A stretch of DNA of 64,000 nt from contig CACAXP010000001.1 in the NCBI GenBank assembly GCA_902536485.1, positions 5,448 through 69,447 on the forward strand. Reading direction: 5' to 3'. Numbering within the stretch: position 1 is the stretch's first letter; each line of letters begins with the position of its first letter. A program made the translations under genes and the position numbers. Below are positions 8,276 to 17,023 of this stretch, one piece after another. This DNA is from an uncultured Alphaproteobacteria bacterium (GTDB taxonomy: Bacteria > Pseudomonadota > Alphaproteobacteria > Methylaequorales > Methylaequoraceae). A model generated the notes under the pieces. It was given only the letters and a program-made list of their open reading frames with translations, made no database searches and was not told the DNA's origin.

Positions 8276-10062
8276 GATTTATCCAATAAGTCAATTTCTT
8301 TGCCAACAAAGTTAGAGAAGTTGCTATCAATGATTTTTTGGGCAAAATTCTTTGTTTTATCATTGAGATCATCTATTAAATTGCTAATTTTGTCTTTATT
8401 ATCACTCTTTAATTCAATTTTCATTAATTTTATAATTTTGGTTATTTCCTTAGATTCTTTTGTTGTACATAGTTTATTCATCATAGGTTTAACATTATTG
8501 ATTTCATTAATTAATTTTGTAGCTTTAATTTTAGTTTCAATCAATAATCTTAAGTCAATATCTTTTTTCGCATTTTGTATACTGGATGAAACCAACTCTC
8601 TCATTTCTTGAATAGAAAGTTGTTCATTGGTTTTAATAACAAGGTTATTTTCTTTTCCTGATGACTCGTCAATCGCTGAAACAAATAAAATACCGTCAAC
8701 ATCTAATGAAAACCTAACTTTAATTCTTGGAATTCCAGCAGGCTTGGGCTCTAATCCTGATAACACAAACTCATCAAGTATATTATTTGCTGAAGTTACT
8801 TCTCTTTCACCTTGCAAAATTTTAATTTTTATAGAAGTCTGTCCATTCTCATTAGTTGTAAAAATCTGTTCTCTGATTGCAGGTATGGGAGAATTTCTAG
8901 GAATAATTTTTTCCATTAGTCCTCCCATAGTTTCAATACCTAGTGATAAAGGTGTGACATCTAAAAGAAGGTTTTTAGAACCATTTAATAGTTCATAACC
9001 ATGCATTGCCGCTCCACAAGAAACAACTAAATCAGGATCTAACTCGGAGAAAATATTAATCTTAAATTTATTTTTTAGCTTTTCTTTAACAATTTCTAGT
9101 CTTGTAGAACCACCTACTAGAATAAAACCATCAACAGAAGAAATACTGACATCACATTCATTCAGTAGGTTTTCCACAATAGCAATTGTTTTATCTATGA
9201 GTTTTTCAATAGATTGATTTAAAAGCTGTGATTCAATATTAATTTGTTTTTCATCCTCTTCTAATTTTATTTTTTCACTAACACTTTTTTTATTTAGAAG
9301 TTTTTCTTTAATCGATTTACATTTTTTTATAGTTTTTAATTTTAGATCATTATCTACTTCATTTAAATTTACTGAAAAATATTTTTTCAAAATACTTTCT
9401 GCAAAAAGAATATCCAAGTCATCACCTCCAAGTTTTGAATTTCCTCCAGTTCCTAATACCCTAAAAATGCCTTCCTTAAGTTCCAAGATTGATACATCAA
9501 AGGTCCCCCCTCCTAAATCATAAACTAAAAAAAGACCTCTTTTTTTTTTCTCTAAACCATATGCAAACGCTGCTGCAGTTGGTTCATTAATTAATCTTCT
9601 TACATTTAAGCCAGCTAAGAAAGCAGCTCTCATAATTCCTGAACGTGCTTTTTCGTCAAAATATGCGGGAACAGTTAGAACACAATCATCAATATTTTGT
9701 TTTAAATAATCTTGAGAAAGGTTCTTTATGTATGAAAAAATTTCCTTTGAAATATCAATAGCTGTTTTTTTGTTTGAGCCTTGATCAAAAATAATTTGAT
9801 CTGGGTTTTCTGTAAAGAACCTTTTTACTGAGAAAATTAATTCCGAAATAGAACTATTTTTAATTTGATTTCCAATATAAACTTTTTGATTTTTAAAAAG
9901 AACTATTGAGGGAATTAATTTTTTTTTTGAATCCTCAATATAAATTATTTTTTCATCTATTTTTACAGAGCAGACAGAATTTGTTGTTCCAAAATCAATA
10001 CCTAAGCATAATATATTGTTTGACTTTTTCTTATCCGGTTCACTAATGTTTACTAAATTCAT
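8272..10062 (-). CDS. hscA: Fe-S cluster assembly chaperone HscA (Hsp70 family)
   Basis: Hsp70 ATPase motifs GIDFGTTNS and [10 protein letters not shown] are present. 596 aa, between hscB and fdx. Confidence 0.9.
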   Translation of the reverse strand: MNLVNISEPDKKKSNNILCLGIDFGTTNSVCSVKIDEKIIYIEDSKKKLIPSIVLFKNQKVYIGNQIKNSSISELIFSVKRFFTENPDQIIFDQGSNKKTAIDISKEIFSYIKNLSQDYLKQNIDDCVLTVPAYFDEKARSGIMRAAFLAGLNVRRLINEPTAAAFAYGLEKKKRGLFLVYDLGGGTFDVSILELKEGIFRVLGTGGNSKLGGDDLDILFAESILKKYFSVNLNEVDNDLKLKTIKKCKSIKEKLLNKKSVSEKIKLEEDEKQINIESQLLNQSIEKLIDKTIAIVENLLNECDVSISSVDGFILVGGSTRLEIVKEKLKNKFKINIFSELDPDLVVSCGAAMHGYELLNGSKNLLLDVTPLSLGIETMGGLMEKIIPRNSPIPAIREQIFTTNENGQTSIKIKILQGEREVTSANNILDEFVLSGLEPKPAGIPRIKVRFSLDVDGILFVSAIDESSGKENNLVIKTNEQLSIQEMRELVSSSIQNAKKDIDLRLLIETKIKATKLINEINNVKPMMNKLCTTKESKEITKIIKLMKIELKSDNKDKISNLIDDLNDKTKNFAQKIIDSNFSNFVGKEIDLLDKS

Positions 10063-10074
10063 GACCTTGTTTTA

Positions 10075-10647
10075 TTATTTTAAATTTCCATTAATCTTTT
10101 GGAGATATGATAGTTTTATACATGATTTATAAACATCTTTATATTTTTTTTCATTAAATAATTGAGAAACCGTTTTAATTTCTTTTTCAATTTTATCCAT
10201 TAATTGAGATTTAATTTTATTTTTTTCACTTTCACTTTCTATCGACATTGATTTATTTTGTAATTCCATAATTTCTTCTAATACTGAAACATCCTGAAAA
10301 GACTCATTTTCAGTAATTTGGTAACCAAAATATTCTAATAAAATTTTAATTCTACTAACATCATCACGCAAAACCTTAAAAGCGTTATTAACAAAGGAAG
10401 TATGAATATTTGAGAAGTTTTTTTCTTCTTGAGAAGCATTCATGAATTTATCTGGATGAAGGAGTATCTGAAGCTCAAGATATTTCTCCTCAAGATTTTT
10501 TGCATCAATCTCAAATTTTTTGTCAATTGAAAAAATATCAAAAGGGTTTAATTCGAATGGTTTTTGTAAAACTCCACACGCGTTGCAAACAAAATCTTTA
10601 TAGCCTATTCTCTTATCACAACTCCAACAATTTTTTGATGACGTCAT
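10075..10647 (-). CDS. hscB: Co-chaperone HscB (J-domain) with N-terminal tetracysteine zinc finger
   Basis: HPDKF J-domain motif and HscB C-terminal helical domain. N-terminal CWSC-X13-CNAC, as in mitochondrial HSC20-type HscB. Confidence 0.8.
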   Translation of the reverse strand: MTSSKNCWSCDKRIGYKDFVCNACGVLQKPFELNPFDIFSIDKKFEIDAKNLEEKYLELQILLHPDKFMNASQEEKNFSNIHTSFVNNAFKVLRDDVSRIKILLEYFGYQITENESFQDVSVLEEIMELQNKSMSIESESEKNKIKSQLMDKIEKEIKTVSQLFNEKKYKDVYKSCIKLSYLQKINGNLK

Positions 10648-10655
10648 TGTTATGA

Positions 10656-10979
10656 CTAAACGTGAAAAGATTCACCACAACCACACCTACCCTTTTCATT
10701 AGGGTTTACAAATCTAAAACCTGACTCAAGTTCACCTTCTACATAATCCATTTGGGTACCAATAAGAAATAAAGAAGATTTAGGATCCACAAAAATTTTT
10801 ATATTATCAAACTCAAAAACCTCATCATTAGTATCCACATCATCAACGTATTCAAGTGTATAAGACAAGCCAGAACATCCTTTGGTATTTATACCCAATT
10901 TGACCCCATGTGGCGTATTTGATCTTGAAGTCATCATTTTTTTTATTTGATTAACAGCGCTGTGGGTTACTGTAATCAT
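10656..10979 (-). CDS. iscA: A-type Fe-S carrier IscA
   Basis: 107 aa with the C-terminal CGCGESF motif and a conserved upstream cysteine. Confidence 0.85.
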   Translation of the reverse strand: MITVTHSAVNQIKKMMTSRSNTPHGVKLGINTKGCSGLSYTLEYVDDVDTNDEVFEFDNIKIFVDPKSSLFLIGTQMDYVEGELESGFRFVNPNEKGRCGCGESFHV

Positions 10980-11359
10980 TTTTTGTTTTTATCTTTATAG
11001 TCAGCAATTGCAGCCTTAATTGCATCTTCAGCCAGCACTGAACAGTGGATTTTTACTGGAGGTAAAGCAAGATGATTTGCAATTTCTGTATTTTTGATCT
11101 CCGATGCTTGGTCAATCTTTTTTCCTTTAACCCATTCTGTAATCAAAGAACTTGAAGCTATTGCCGATCCACATCCAAAGGTTTTAAACTTTGCATCCTC
11201 AATGACTCCTGAATCGTTTACTTTAATTTGAAGCTTCATTACATCTCCACAGGCTGGGGCTCCAACTAAACCTGTTCCAACCTCCTTTGACTCTTTATCC
11301 ATAGACCCAACGTTTCTAGGGTTCTCATAATGGTCAATTAATTTTTTACTATACGCCAT
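10976..11359 (-). CDS. iscU: Fe-S scaffold IscU
   Basis: NPRNVG, GAPACGDVM, LPPVK and HCS motifs are present. Confidence 0.9.
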   Translation of the reverse strand: MAYSKKLIDHYENPRNVGSMDKESKEVGTGLVGAPACGDVMKLQIKVNDSGVIEDAKFKTFGCGSAIASSSLITEWVKGKKIDQASEIKNTEIANHLALPPVKIHCSVLAEDAIKAAIADYKDKNKK

Positions 11360-11381
11360 AATTTTTCCTTTCTAAAGTTTG

Positions 11382-12602
11382 TCAATGACTTGCCCATTTA
11401 ATTTTACTTAAGTCAACTCCTTCTTGCGCCATTTCCCACAATGGACTAAGTGACCTAAGTCTCTTCACTTCACTCACAATCTGTTTAACCGCAGAATCTA
11501 CGTCTTTTTCAGTTGTGAATCTCCCAAGACCAATTCTTAAACTTGTGTGAGCAAGTTCTTCTTCAACACCTAAAGCTTTAAGCACATAAGAAGGTTCTAA
11601 AGAAGCCGATGTACATGCAGAGCCAGAGGAAACTGCAAGATTTTTTATACCCATCATGAGTGATTCACCTTCTATGTAAGCAAAGCTTAAATTAAGGTTA
11701 CCCGGAACTCTGTGAATTTCAGAACCGTTTAAGTAAATATCAGAACAGGAATTTCTAATTCCGTTAAGTAATCTGTCTTTTAAGTTTGTAATTTTTTGGT
11801 TTTCTTTTTTCATTTCTTTAGAATAGATATTACAAGCTTCGCCTAAACCTACACATAAAGCTGGTGACAAGGTTCCGGATCTCATTCCCCTTTCTTGCCC
11901 ACCTCCACTCATGATAGCTGAAATTCTGACTCTTGGTTTTCTTCTAATATATAAAGCTCCTACACCTTTTGGCGCATAAATTTTATGACCTGAAATGCTC
12001 ATTAAATCTAAGTTCATTTCTTCTACATCTAATTCTATTTTGCCGATAGCTTGAGCACAATCAGAATGAAAAAAAACTCCTTGGTCTCTACAAATTTTTC
12101 CAATTTCTTTCAGCGGCTGAATTACGCCAATTTCATTGTGAACTCCCATAATTGAAACCATTAAAGTTTTTTCAGTTATATGACTTTTAAGCTCATTAAG
12201 ATCAATCAAACCATCAGACTTGACTGGAAGATAAGTAATTTTAAAATCTTTTTTTTCTGCTAGATATCTACAAGATTCCAAAACACATTTGTGCTCGGTA
12301 ACACAAGTAATAATGTGATTCTTTTTGTCCCCATAAAACTCTGCAAGACCCTTGATTGCAAGATTATTAGATTCCGTAGCTCCAGATGTAAAAATTATTT
12401 CTTTAGGGTTAGCCCCTATTATTTTGGCTACATTTTCTCTTGCCATCTCCACAGCTTCTTCAGCGAACCATCCGTAAGAATGATTTCTAGAATGTGGGTT
12501 ACCATAAATATCCGAGAAATACGGCAACATCTTATCAAGAACTCTAGGATCAACTGGAGTGGTGGCCTGATAATCGAAGTATATGTTATTAATGTTTTGC
12601 AT
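11382..12602 (-). CDS. iscS: Cysteine desulfurase IscS
   Basis: Class V fold with SGHK PLP-lysine, the active-site loop SSGSACTS, and C-terminal conservation with IscS. Confidence 0.9.
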   Translation of the reverse strand: MQNINNIYFDYQATTPVDPRVLDKMLPYFSDIYGNPHSRNHSYGWFAEEAVEMARENVAKIIGANPKEIIFTSGATESNNLAIKGLAEFYGDKKNHIITCVTEHKCVLESCRYLAEKKDFKITYLPVKSDGLIDLNELKSHITEKTLMVSIMGVHNEIGVIQPLKEIGKICRDQGVFFHSDCAQAIGKIELDVEEMNLDLMSISGHKIYAPKGVGALYIRRKPRVRISAIMSGGGQERGMRSGTLSPALCVGLGEACNIYSKEMKKENQKITNLKDRLLNGIRNSCSDIYLNGSEIHRVPGNLNLSFAYIEGESLMMGIKNLAVSSGSACTSASLEPSYVLKALGVEEELAHTSLRIGLGRFTTEKDVDSAVKQIVSEVKRLRSLSPLWEMAQEGVDLSKIKWASH

Positions 12603-12669
12603 AGTCTATATTTATTAATTAATCCTAAATATTCAATTTAAATCTCAATTCGAATCTTCATTATTATAA

Positions 12670-13149
12670 TTATCTTACATAATCTCTTTCATTATATCCG
12701 TCATTGTTTTGTTCAAAATTTAAAATTGACTCATAGCTATTTTTCCTTACATCATCAATCGACACTGAGCTTAAGAAAAAGAAAATATGATCCGATAGTT
12801 TATTCCATAGATTATGAGTCAAACACTTAGTCTTTCTGTTATTGGGAATGCAGCCATAATCAACACCGTTACATCTCATAATTTTTAAATCTTCATCAAT
12901 GGCTTTTATTACATCATAAATCTTTATAATATCAGGTTCTTTTGCGAATATGTAACCACCAGAAGGACCTCTTACACTTCTAACTATTCCACTTTTTTTT
13001 AGAGAAATAAAAATCTGCTCTAAAAAGGGTAAGGATATATTTTGTCTAGATGAGATTTCTGACAAGCTTACTGGTTTATTTCCAACCGAGTTAATTGCTA
13101 TATCAACTAATGACATTACTGCAAATCTTCCTTTGGATGTTAATTTCAT
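12670..13149 (-). CDS. iscR: Rrf2-family regulator IscR
   Basis: Rrf2 wHTH N-terminus (MKLTSKGRFAV) and Cys ligands in the cluster-binding region. It sits immediately upstream of iscS. Confidence 0.8.
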   Translation of the reverse strand: MKLTSKGRFAVMSLVDIAINSVGNKPVSLSEISSRQNISLPFLEQIFISLKKSGIVRSVRGPSGGYIFAKEPDIIKIYDVIKAIDEDLKIMRCNGVDYGCIPNNRKTKCLTHNLWNKLSDHIFFFLSSVSIDDVRKNSYESILNFEQNNDGYNERDYVR

Positions 13150-13160
13150 AGTTTAGACCT

Positions 13161-13910
13161 CTATTTATTTTTAGCTTTTTTAATTTTCTTATTTGTTTGT
13201 ATTTTTTGATTTTCAAAAGGAAAGGTATCAATTTTTGATTCAATCAAACTAATTTTTTCGTTAAGTAAATGTATTTCATTAAACATAGCTAATATGCTTT
13301 TTTTATTCGGATCATCAATTTTACCTTCACTAACACCATAAGCTTCAAATGATTCTTTTTGTTGATGAGATTCAACTTTTCTAGCTGGTACACCTACAAA
13401 TGTATGATTTTCTGGAACATTTTTTAAAACAACTGCATTTGTCCCAATTCTTGAGTTTTGACCTATCAATATTGGACCTAGTATTTGTGCACCAGAACCA
13501 ATTATAACGTTATTGCCTATTGTAGGATGTCTCTTAACATTCCTTTGTGAATCTGAATTTATAGATGGAGATAATCCACCTAAAGTAGCTTGCTGATAAA
13601 TAGTGACATTCTTTCCAATTATAGAAGTTTCTCCTATAACTAAGCCCGAACCATGGTCTATAAAAAAACCTTCATCAATAACAACAGCAGGATGTATTTC
13701 AATCGATGTAAAAATCCTGGAAATGTTAGCTATAAACCTTGAAAGAAGTTTCAAATGTATTTTCCAAAGAAAATGACAAACCCTGTGTAACAAGATCGCA
13801 TGAAAGCCTGAGTATGTAAGTAAAATTTCTAAATAAGATCTTGCTGCGGGATCCCTTTTTTTTGCAGCATGCAAGTCAGATTTAATAAGTTTAAAAATAT
13901 TTTTTGACAT
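13161..13910 (-). CDS. cysE: Serine O-acetyltransferase CysE
   Basis: SATase N-terminal helix domain (DPAARSYLEILLTYSGFHAI) plus hexapeptide repeats. It lies 11 bp upstream of iscR. Confidence 0.85.
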   Translation of the reverse strand: MSKNIFKLIKSDLHAAKKRDPAARSYLEILLTYSGFHAILLHRVCHFLWKIHLKLLSRFIANISRIFTSIEIHPAVVIDEGFFIDHGSGLVIGETSIIGKNVTIYQQATLGGLSPSINSDSQRNVKRHPTIGNNVIIGSGAQILGPILIGQNSRIGTNAVVLKNVPENHTFVGVPARKVESHQQKESFEAYGVSEGKIDDPNKKSILAMFNEIHLLNEKISLIESKIDTFPFENQKIQTNKKIKKAKNK

Positions 13911-13973
13911 TTTTTAAAATTTATAATATAAAAATCAATTAATAATATATCCTACTAAATTAGTCAAGTATAA

Positions 13974-14612
13974 ATGCCATCAATTTTATTAAATGGTCCG
14001 TCTGGTCGCCTTGAAGGACATTACACGCACAATACAAAAGCTCAATCACCTACAGCTTTAATTTTGCACGCCCACCCCGGTCATGGGGGTAACATGAATA
14101 ACCCTTTATCACTTAAATTACATAAATTATTCTCTGATTTAGCATTTTCAACGCTTAGATTTAATTTTAGAGGAGTTGGAAAGTCAGATGGAGAACATGA
14201 TGGAAGTGAAGGAGAGCTTGCAGATTCAGCTATTGCACTTGATTGGCTACAAAATCAAAACCAAGATTCACAAGAATACTGGATTTGTGGTATTTCTTTT
14301 GGTGCATGGGTTGGAATGCAATTACTAATGAGAAGACCTGAAATTTTAAAATTTATTTTAGTAAGTCCTCCTGTTGGGAAATATGACTTTAACTTTTTAG
14401 CCCCTTGTCCAGCATCTGGGGTTGTAATTAACGCTGATAAGGATCCTTTGGTTGATGTTAGTTTAATTAAAGATGTTGTGAAGAGATTAAATCAGCAAAA
14501 AACAATTGATGTAAAGCAAGAGGTAATTAAATCTTCAGACCATTTTTTTAACAATAATGAAAATAAAGTAATAGAAAAAGTTAAAAAATATTGTGATTCT
14601 CAAAAAAACTAG
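13974..14612 (+). CDS. Small alpha/beta-fold hydrolase (COG2945-like)
   Basis: GxSxG nucleophile elbow (CGISFGAW) and an overall alpha/beta-hydrolase pattern. 212 aa. Confidence 0.6.
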   Translation: MPSILLNGPSGRLEGHYTHNTKAQSPTALILHAHPGHGGNMNNPLSLKLHKLFSDLAFSTLRFNFRGVGKSDGEHDGSEGELADSAIALDWLQNQNQDSQEYWICGISFGAWVGMQLLMRRPEILKFILVSPPVGKYDFNFLAPCPASGVVINADKDPLVDVSLIKDVVKRLNQQKTIDVKQEVIKSSDHFFNNNENKVIEKVKKYCDSQKN

Positions 14613-15724
14613 GGAATATAGATATTCCCACAAATATTTTCTTTTATACATCCCGTAGTTTTAGGAAAGGCAGAAGGAAGTTTTTTTAAAGTTCTTATTG
14701 AAATATATGCAAAAGCTGCGGATTCTACAAATGAAGAATCGTAACCTAATGAATTTGAAATAGATATCTTATCATTAATTAGCAATTTTTTTATATCAGA
14801 CATTAATAAAGAATTGTTAACACCTCCTCCCGAAAAAACCCAAGAATCAATCTTAAAATTTATTGACATTTTAATCATCGAAATCAATTTTGCTGAAAAA
14901 AAAGTAAGAGTTCTTAGTATATCGTAAGTTGAATATGTTTTATAATGTCTTGAATTTATGAAATTAAAATCGTGGGTATCAAACGATGTAGGAAATTTTC
15001 TAAAAAAAATTTTATTTTTTAACCATAAATCAATTAATTCAAATTTAATTTTTCCTTTTTTTGCAAGGTTTCCATTAAAATCATAAATTTTATTGAAATT
15101 TTTATAACAAAATTCATCAATTAAAGTATTTCCAGGGCCAATATCAGAGGCAAAGAATGTTTTTTTTCCATTTAGAAATGTAAAGTTTGATATTCCTCCA
15201 ATATTAATAACTAATATATTTTTTTTTTTTTTTGAAAAAATTGCTCTATGAAAGATTGGAACAAGAGGTGCTCCCTCACCACCCAATAAAATATCACTTT
15301 GACGAAAATCATTAACTACTGGCTTATTAAATTCTTTTGAAATTAATTCTGCATTACCTAATTGTAAAGATTTTCCTTTTTTAGGATCATGTAAAACAGT
15401 ATTTCCATGAATTCCAATAATATCTATTTTATTTATCCTAGCCTTTGATGATAAAAAAAATAAGTTTAATTTTTTTAATACGTACTTGCTAAAATCTTTA
15501 TTAAGATTTTTAAAAATTTCGTTTTCTTTATTGTTTTTTTTTAATTGTTTAAACTCCTTAATAGTATTTAAAATTTTCATTTTTAATTTATTGTCAAATT
15601 TGTAATACTTGTTTTGAATGATTTTTATTTTTTCTTTACCATCAGATTTTATTAAAGAAAAATCTAAACCATCAGTTGACGTACCACTCATTACACCTAA
15701 TGCATAAAATTCTTTTCTTTTCAT
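14609..15724 (-). CDS. anmK: Anhydro-N-acetylmuramic acid kinase AnmK
   Basis: N-terminal GVMSGTSTDGLD signature. It contains a 15-nt A run on its coding strand (plus-strand T15 at 15219..15233). Confidence 0.85.
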   Translation of the reverse strand: MKRKEFYALGVMSGTSTDGLDFSLIKSDGKEKIKIIQNKYYKFDNKLKMKILNTIKEFKQLKKNNKENEIFKNLNKDFSKYVLKKLNLFFLSSKARINKIDIIGIHGNTVLHDPKKGKSLQLGNAELISKEFNKPVVNDFRQSDILLGGEGAPLVPIFHRAIFSKKKKNILVINIGGISNFTFLNGKKTFFASDIGPGNTLIDEFCYKNFNKIYDFNGNLAKKGKIKFELIDLWLKNKIFFRKFPTSFDTHDFNFINSRHYKTYSTYDILRTLTFFSAKLISMIKMSINFKIDSWVFSGGGVNNSLLMSDIKKLLINDKISISNSLGYDSSFVESAAFAYISIRTLKKLPSAFPKTTGCIKENICGNIYIP

Positions 15725-15754
15725 TTATTAGTATTATAACCTCAGTATAGAAAA

Positions 15755-17023
15755 ATGAATGATCAATTTTTAGATTTTATAAAGAAAAGAGGGTTTATAA
15801 GCCAATGTACTGACGAGGAAAATCTAAAAAAAACTCTAAATACCAAAACATCTGGTTATATTGGTTTCGACTGTACTTCTGATAGCTTGCATGTAGGCTC
15901 TTTATTACCATTGATGATTTTAAAACACTTTCAAAGTTTTGGTCATACTCCAATAGTTTTGCTTGGTGGAGGCACCACGCTAATCGGAGATCCATCAGGT
16001 AAAGATGAAACAAGAAAGATTTTATCTGCAGACGAAATAAATTCTAATAAAAAAAAGTTAAGAAAAGTATTTGAAAAATTTTTATCATTTGACTCCTCCA
16101 AAGAAAATGCTGCATTACTTGTTGATAATTATAATTGGTTATCAAATTTAAATTTAATAAATTTTTTGAGAGATATAGGTAGTAAATTTTCAGTAAATAA
16201 AATGCTCTCTTTAGAATCAATCAAACAGAGGTTAAAAAGAGAACAGAATTTAAGCTTTCTTGAGTTTAACTATTCAATTCTTCAAGCGTTTGACTTTTTT
16301 GAATTATTCAAAAAGTACAACTGTAAAATCCAATTTGGGGGCTCTGATCAATGGGGAAATATAGTTTCAGGTATTGATTTAATAAAAAGAATAAACAATA
16401 CAGAACAGGTTTTCGGCCTAACATCACCACTTATAACAACATCTGATGGAAAGAAAATGGGTAAAACAGCAGATGGTGCAATTTGGCTTTCAAAAGACAA
16501 GTATAGCATACAAAATTTTTGGCAATATTGGAGAAATACCTCAGATGATGATGTAATTAAATTTTTATATCTTTTTACCAACATAAATATTAATGAAATA
16601 AAAAAGTATGAATCTTTAGACGGCTCTAATCTAAACAAAATTAAAGTTATTCTAGCTAATGAAGTAACAAAAGTTTGTCATGGAGAAAAAGAGTCAAAAG
16701 ATGCAGAACAAGAAGCAAAAAAAATTCTAGTAAATAAAAGTTTAGATTTAGAGACTGTTATAAAATGTAAAAATAAGATTACATTCAGTGAAAATAAAAA
16801 AATTAATTTTTCACTTAAGCAAGCAATGGTAGAACTTAAATTATGTAATTCGAATAGTGAGGCAAAAAAGTTAATTGATCAAGGTGCAGTAAAAATTGAC
16901 GATAAGACAATAACAGATAAAGATTTTTTATTTAATTATGAGAGCTTTATTAACAAGGAACCTAAATATGTTGTTATTTATGTAGGTAAAAAAAAATATG
17001 GTGTAATTCAGTTAGTTAGCTAA
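15755..17023 (+). CDS. tyrS: Tyrosine--tRNA ligase TyrS
   Basis: Class I HIGH-like (LHVGS) and KMSKS-like (KKMGKT) motifs, plus a C-terminal S4 domain. Confidence 0.9.
   Translation: MNDQFLDFIKKRGFISQCTDEENLKKTLNTKTSGYIGFDCTSDSLHVGSLLPLMILKHFQSFGHTPIVLLGGGTTLIGDPSGKDETRKILSADEINSNKKKLRKVFEKFLSFDSSKENAALLVDNYNWLSNLNLINFLRDIGSKFSVNKMLSLESIKQRLKREQNLSFLEFNYSILQAFDFFELFKKYNCKIQFGGSDQWGNIVSGIDLIKRINNTEQVFGLTSPLITTSDGKKMGKTADGAIWLSKDKYSIQNFWQYWRNTSDDDVIKFLYLFTNININEIKKYESLDGSNLNKIKVILANEVTKVCHGEKESKDAEQEAKKILVNKSLDLETVIKCKNKITFSENKKINFSLKQAMVELKLCNSNSEAKKLIDQGAVKIDDKTITDKDFLFNYESFINKEPKYVVIYVGKKKYGVIQLVS

Noticed and set aside
8300-8998. Two plus-strand ORFs (103 and 123 aa) antisense to hscA
   Set aside because: Low-complexity Leu/Ser/Ile-rich translations of the antisense strand of a confidently identified Hsp70 gene. 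No RBS or motif.
12603-12669. Possible IscR operator between iscR and iscS
   Set aside because: I could not recognise a convincing IscR type-1 or type-2 box by eye in this 67-bp A/T-rich spacer. It needs a profile search.
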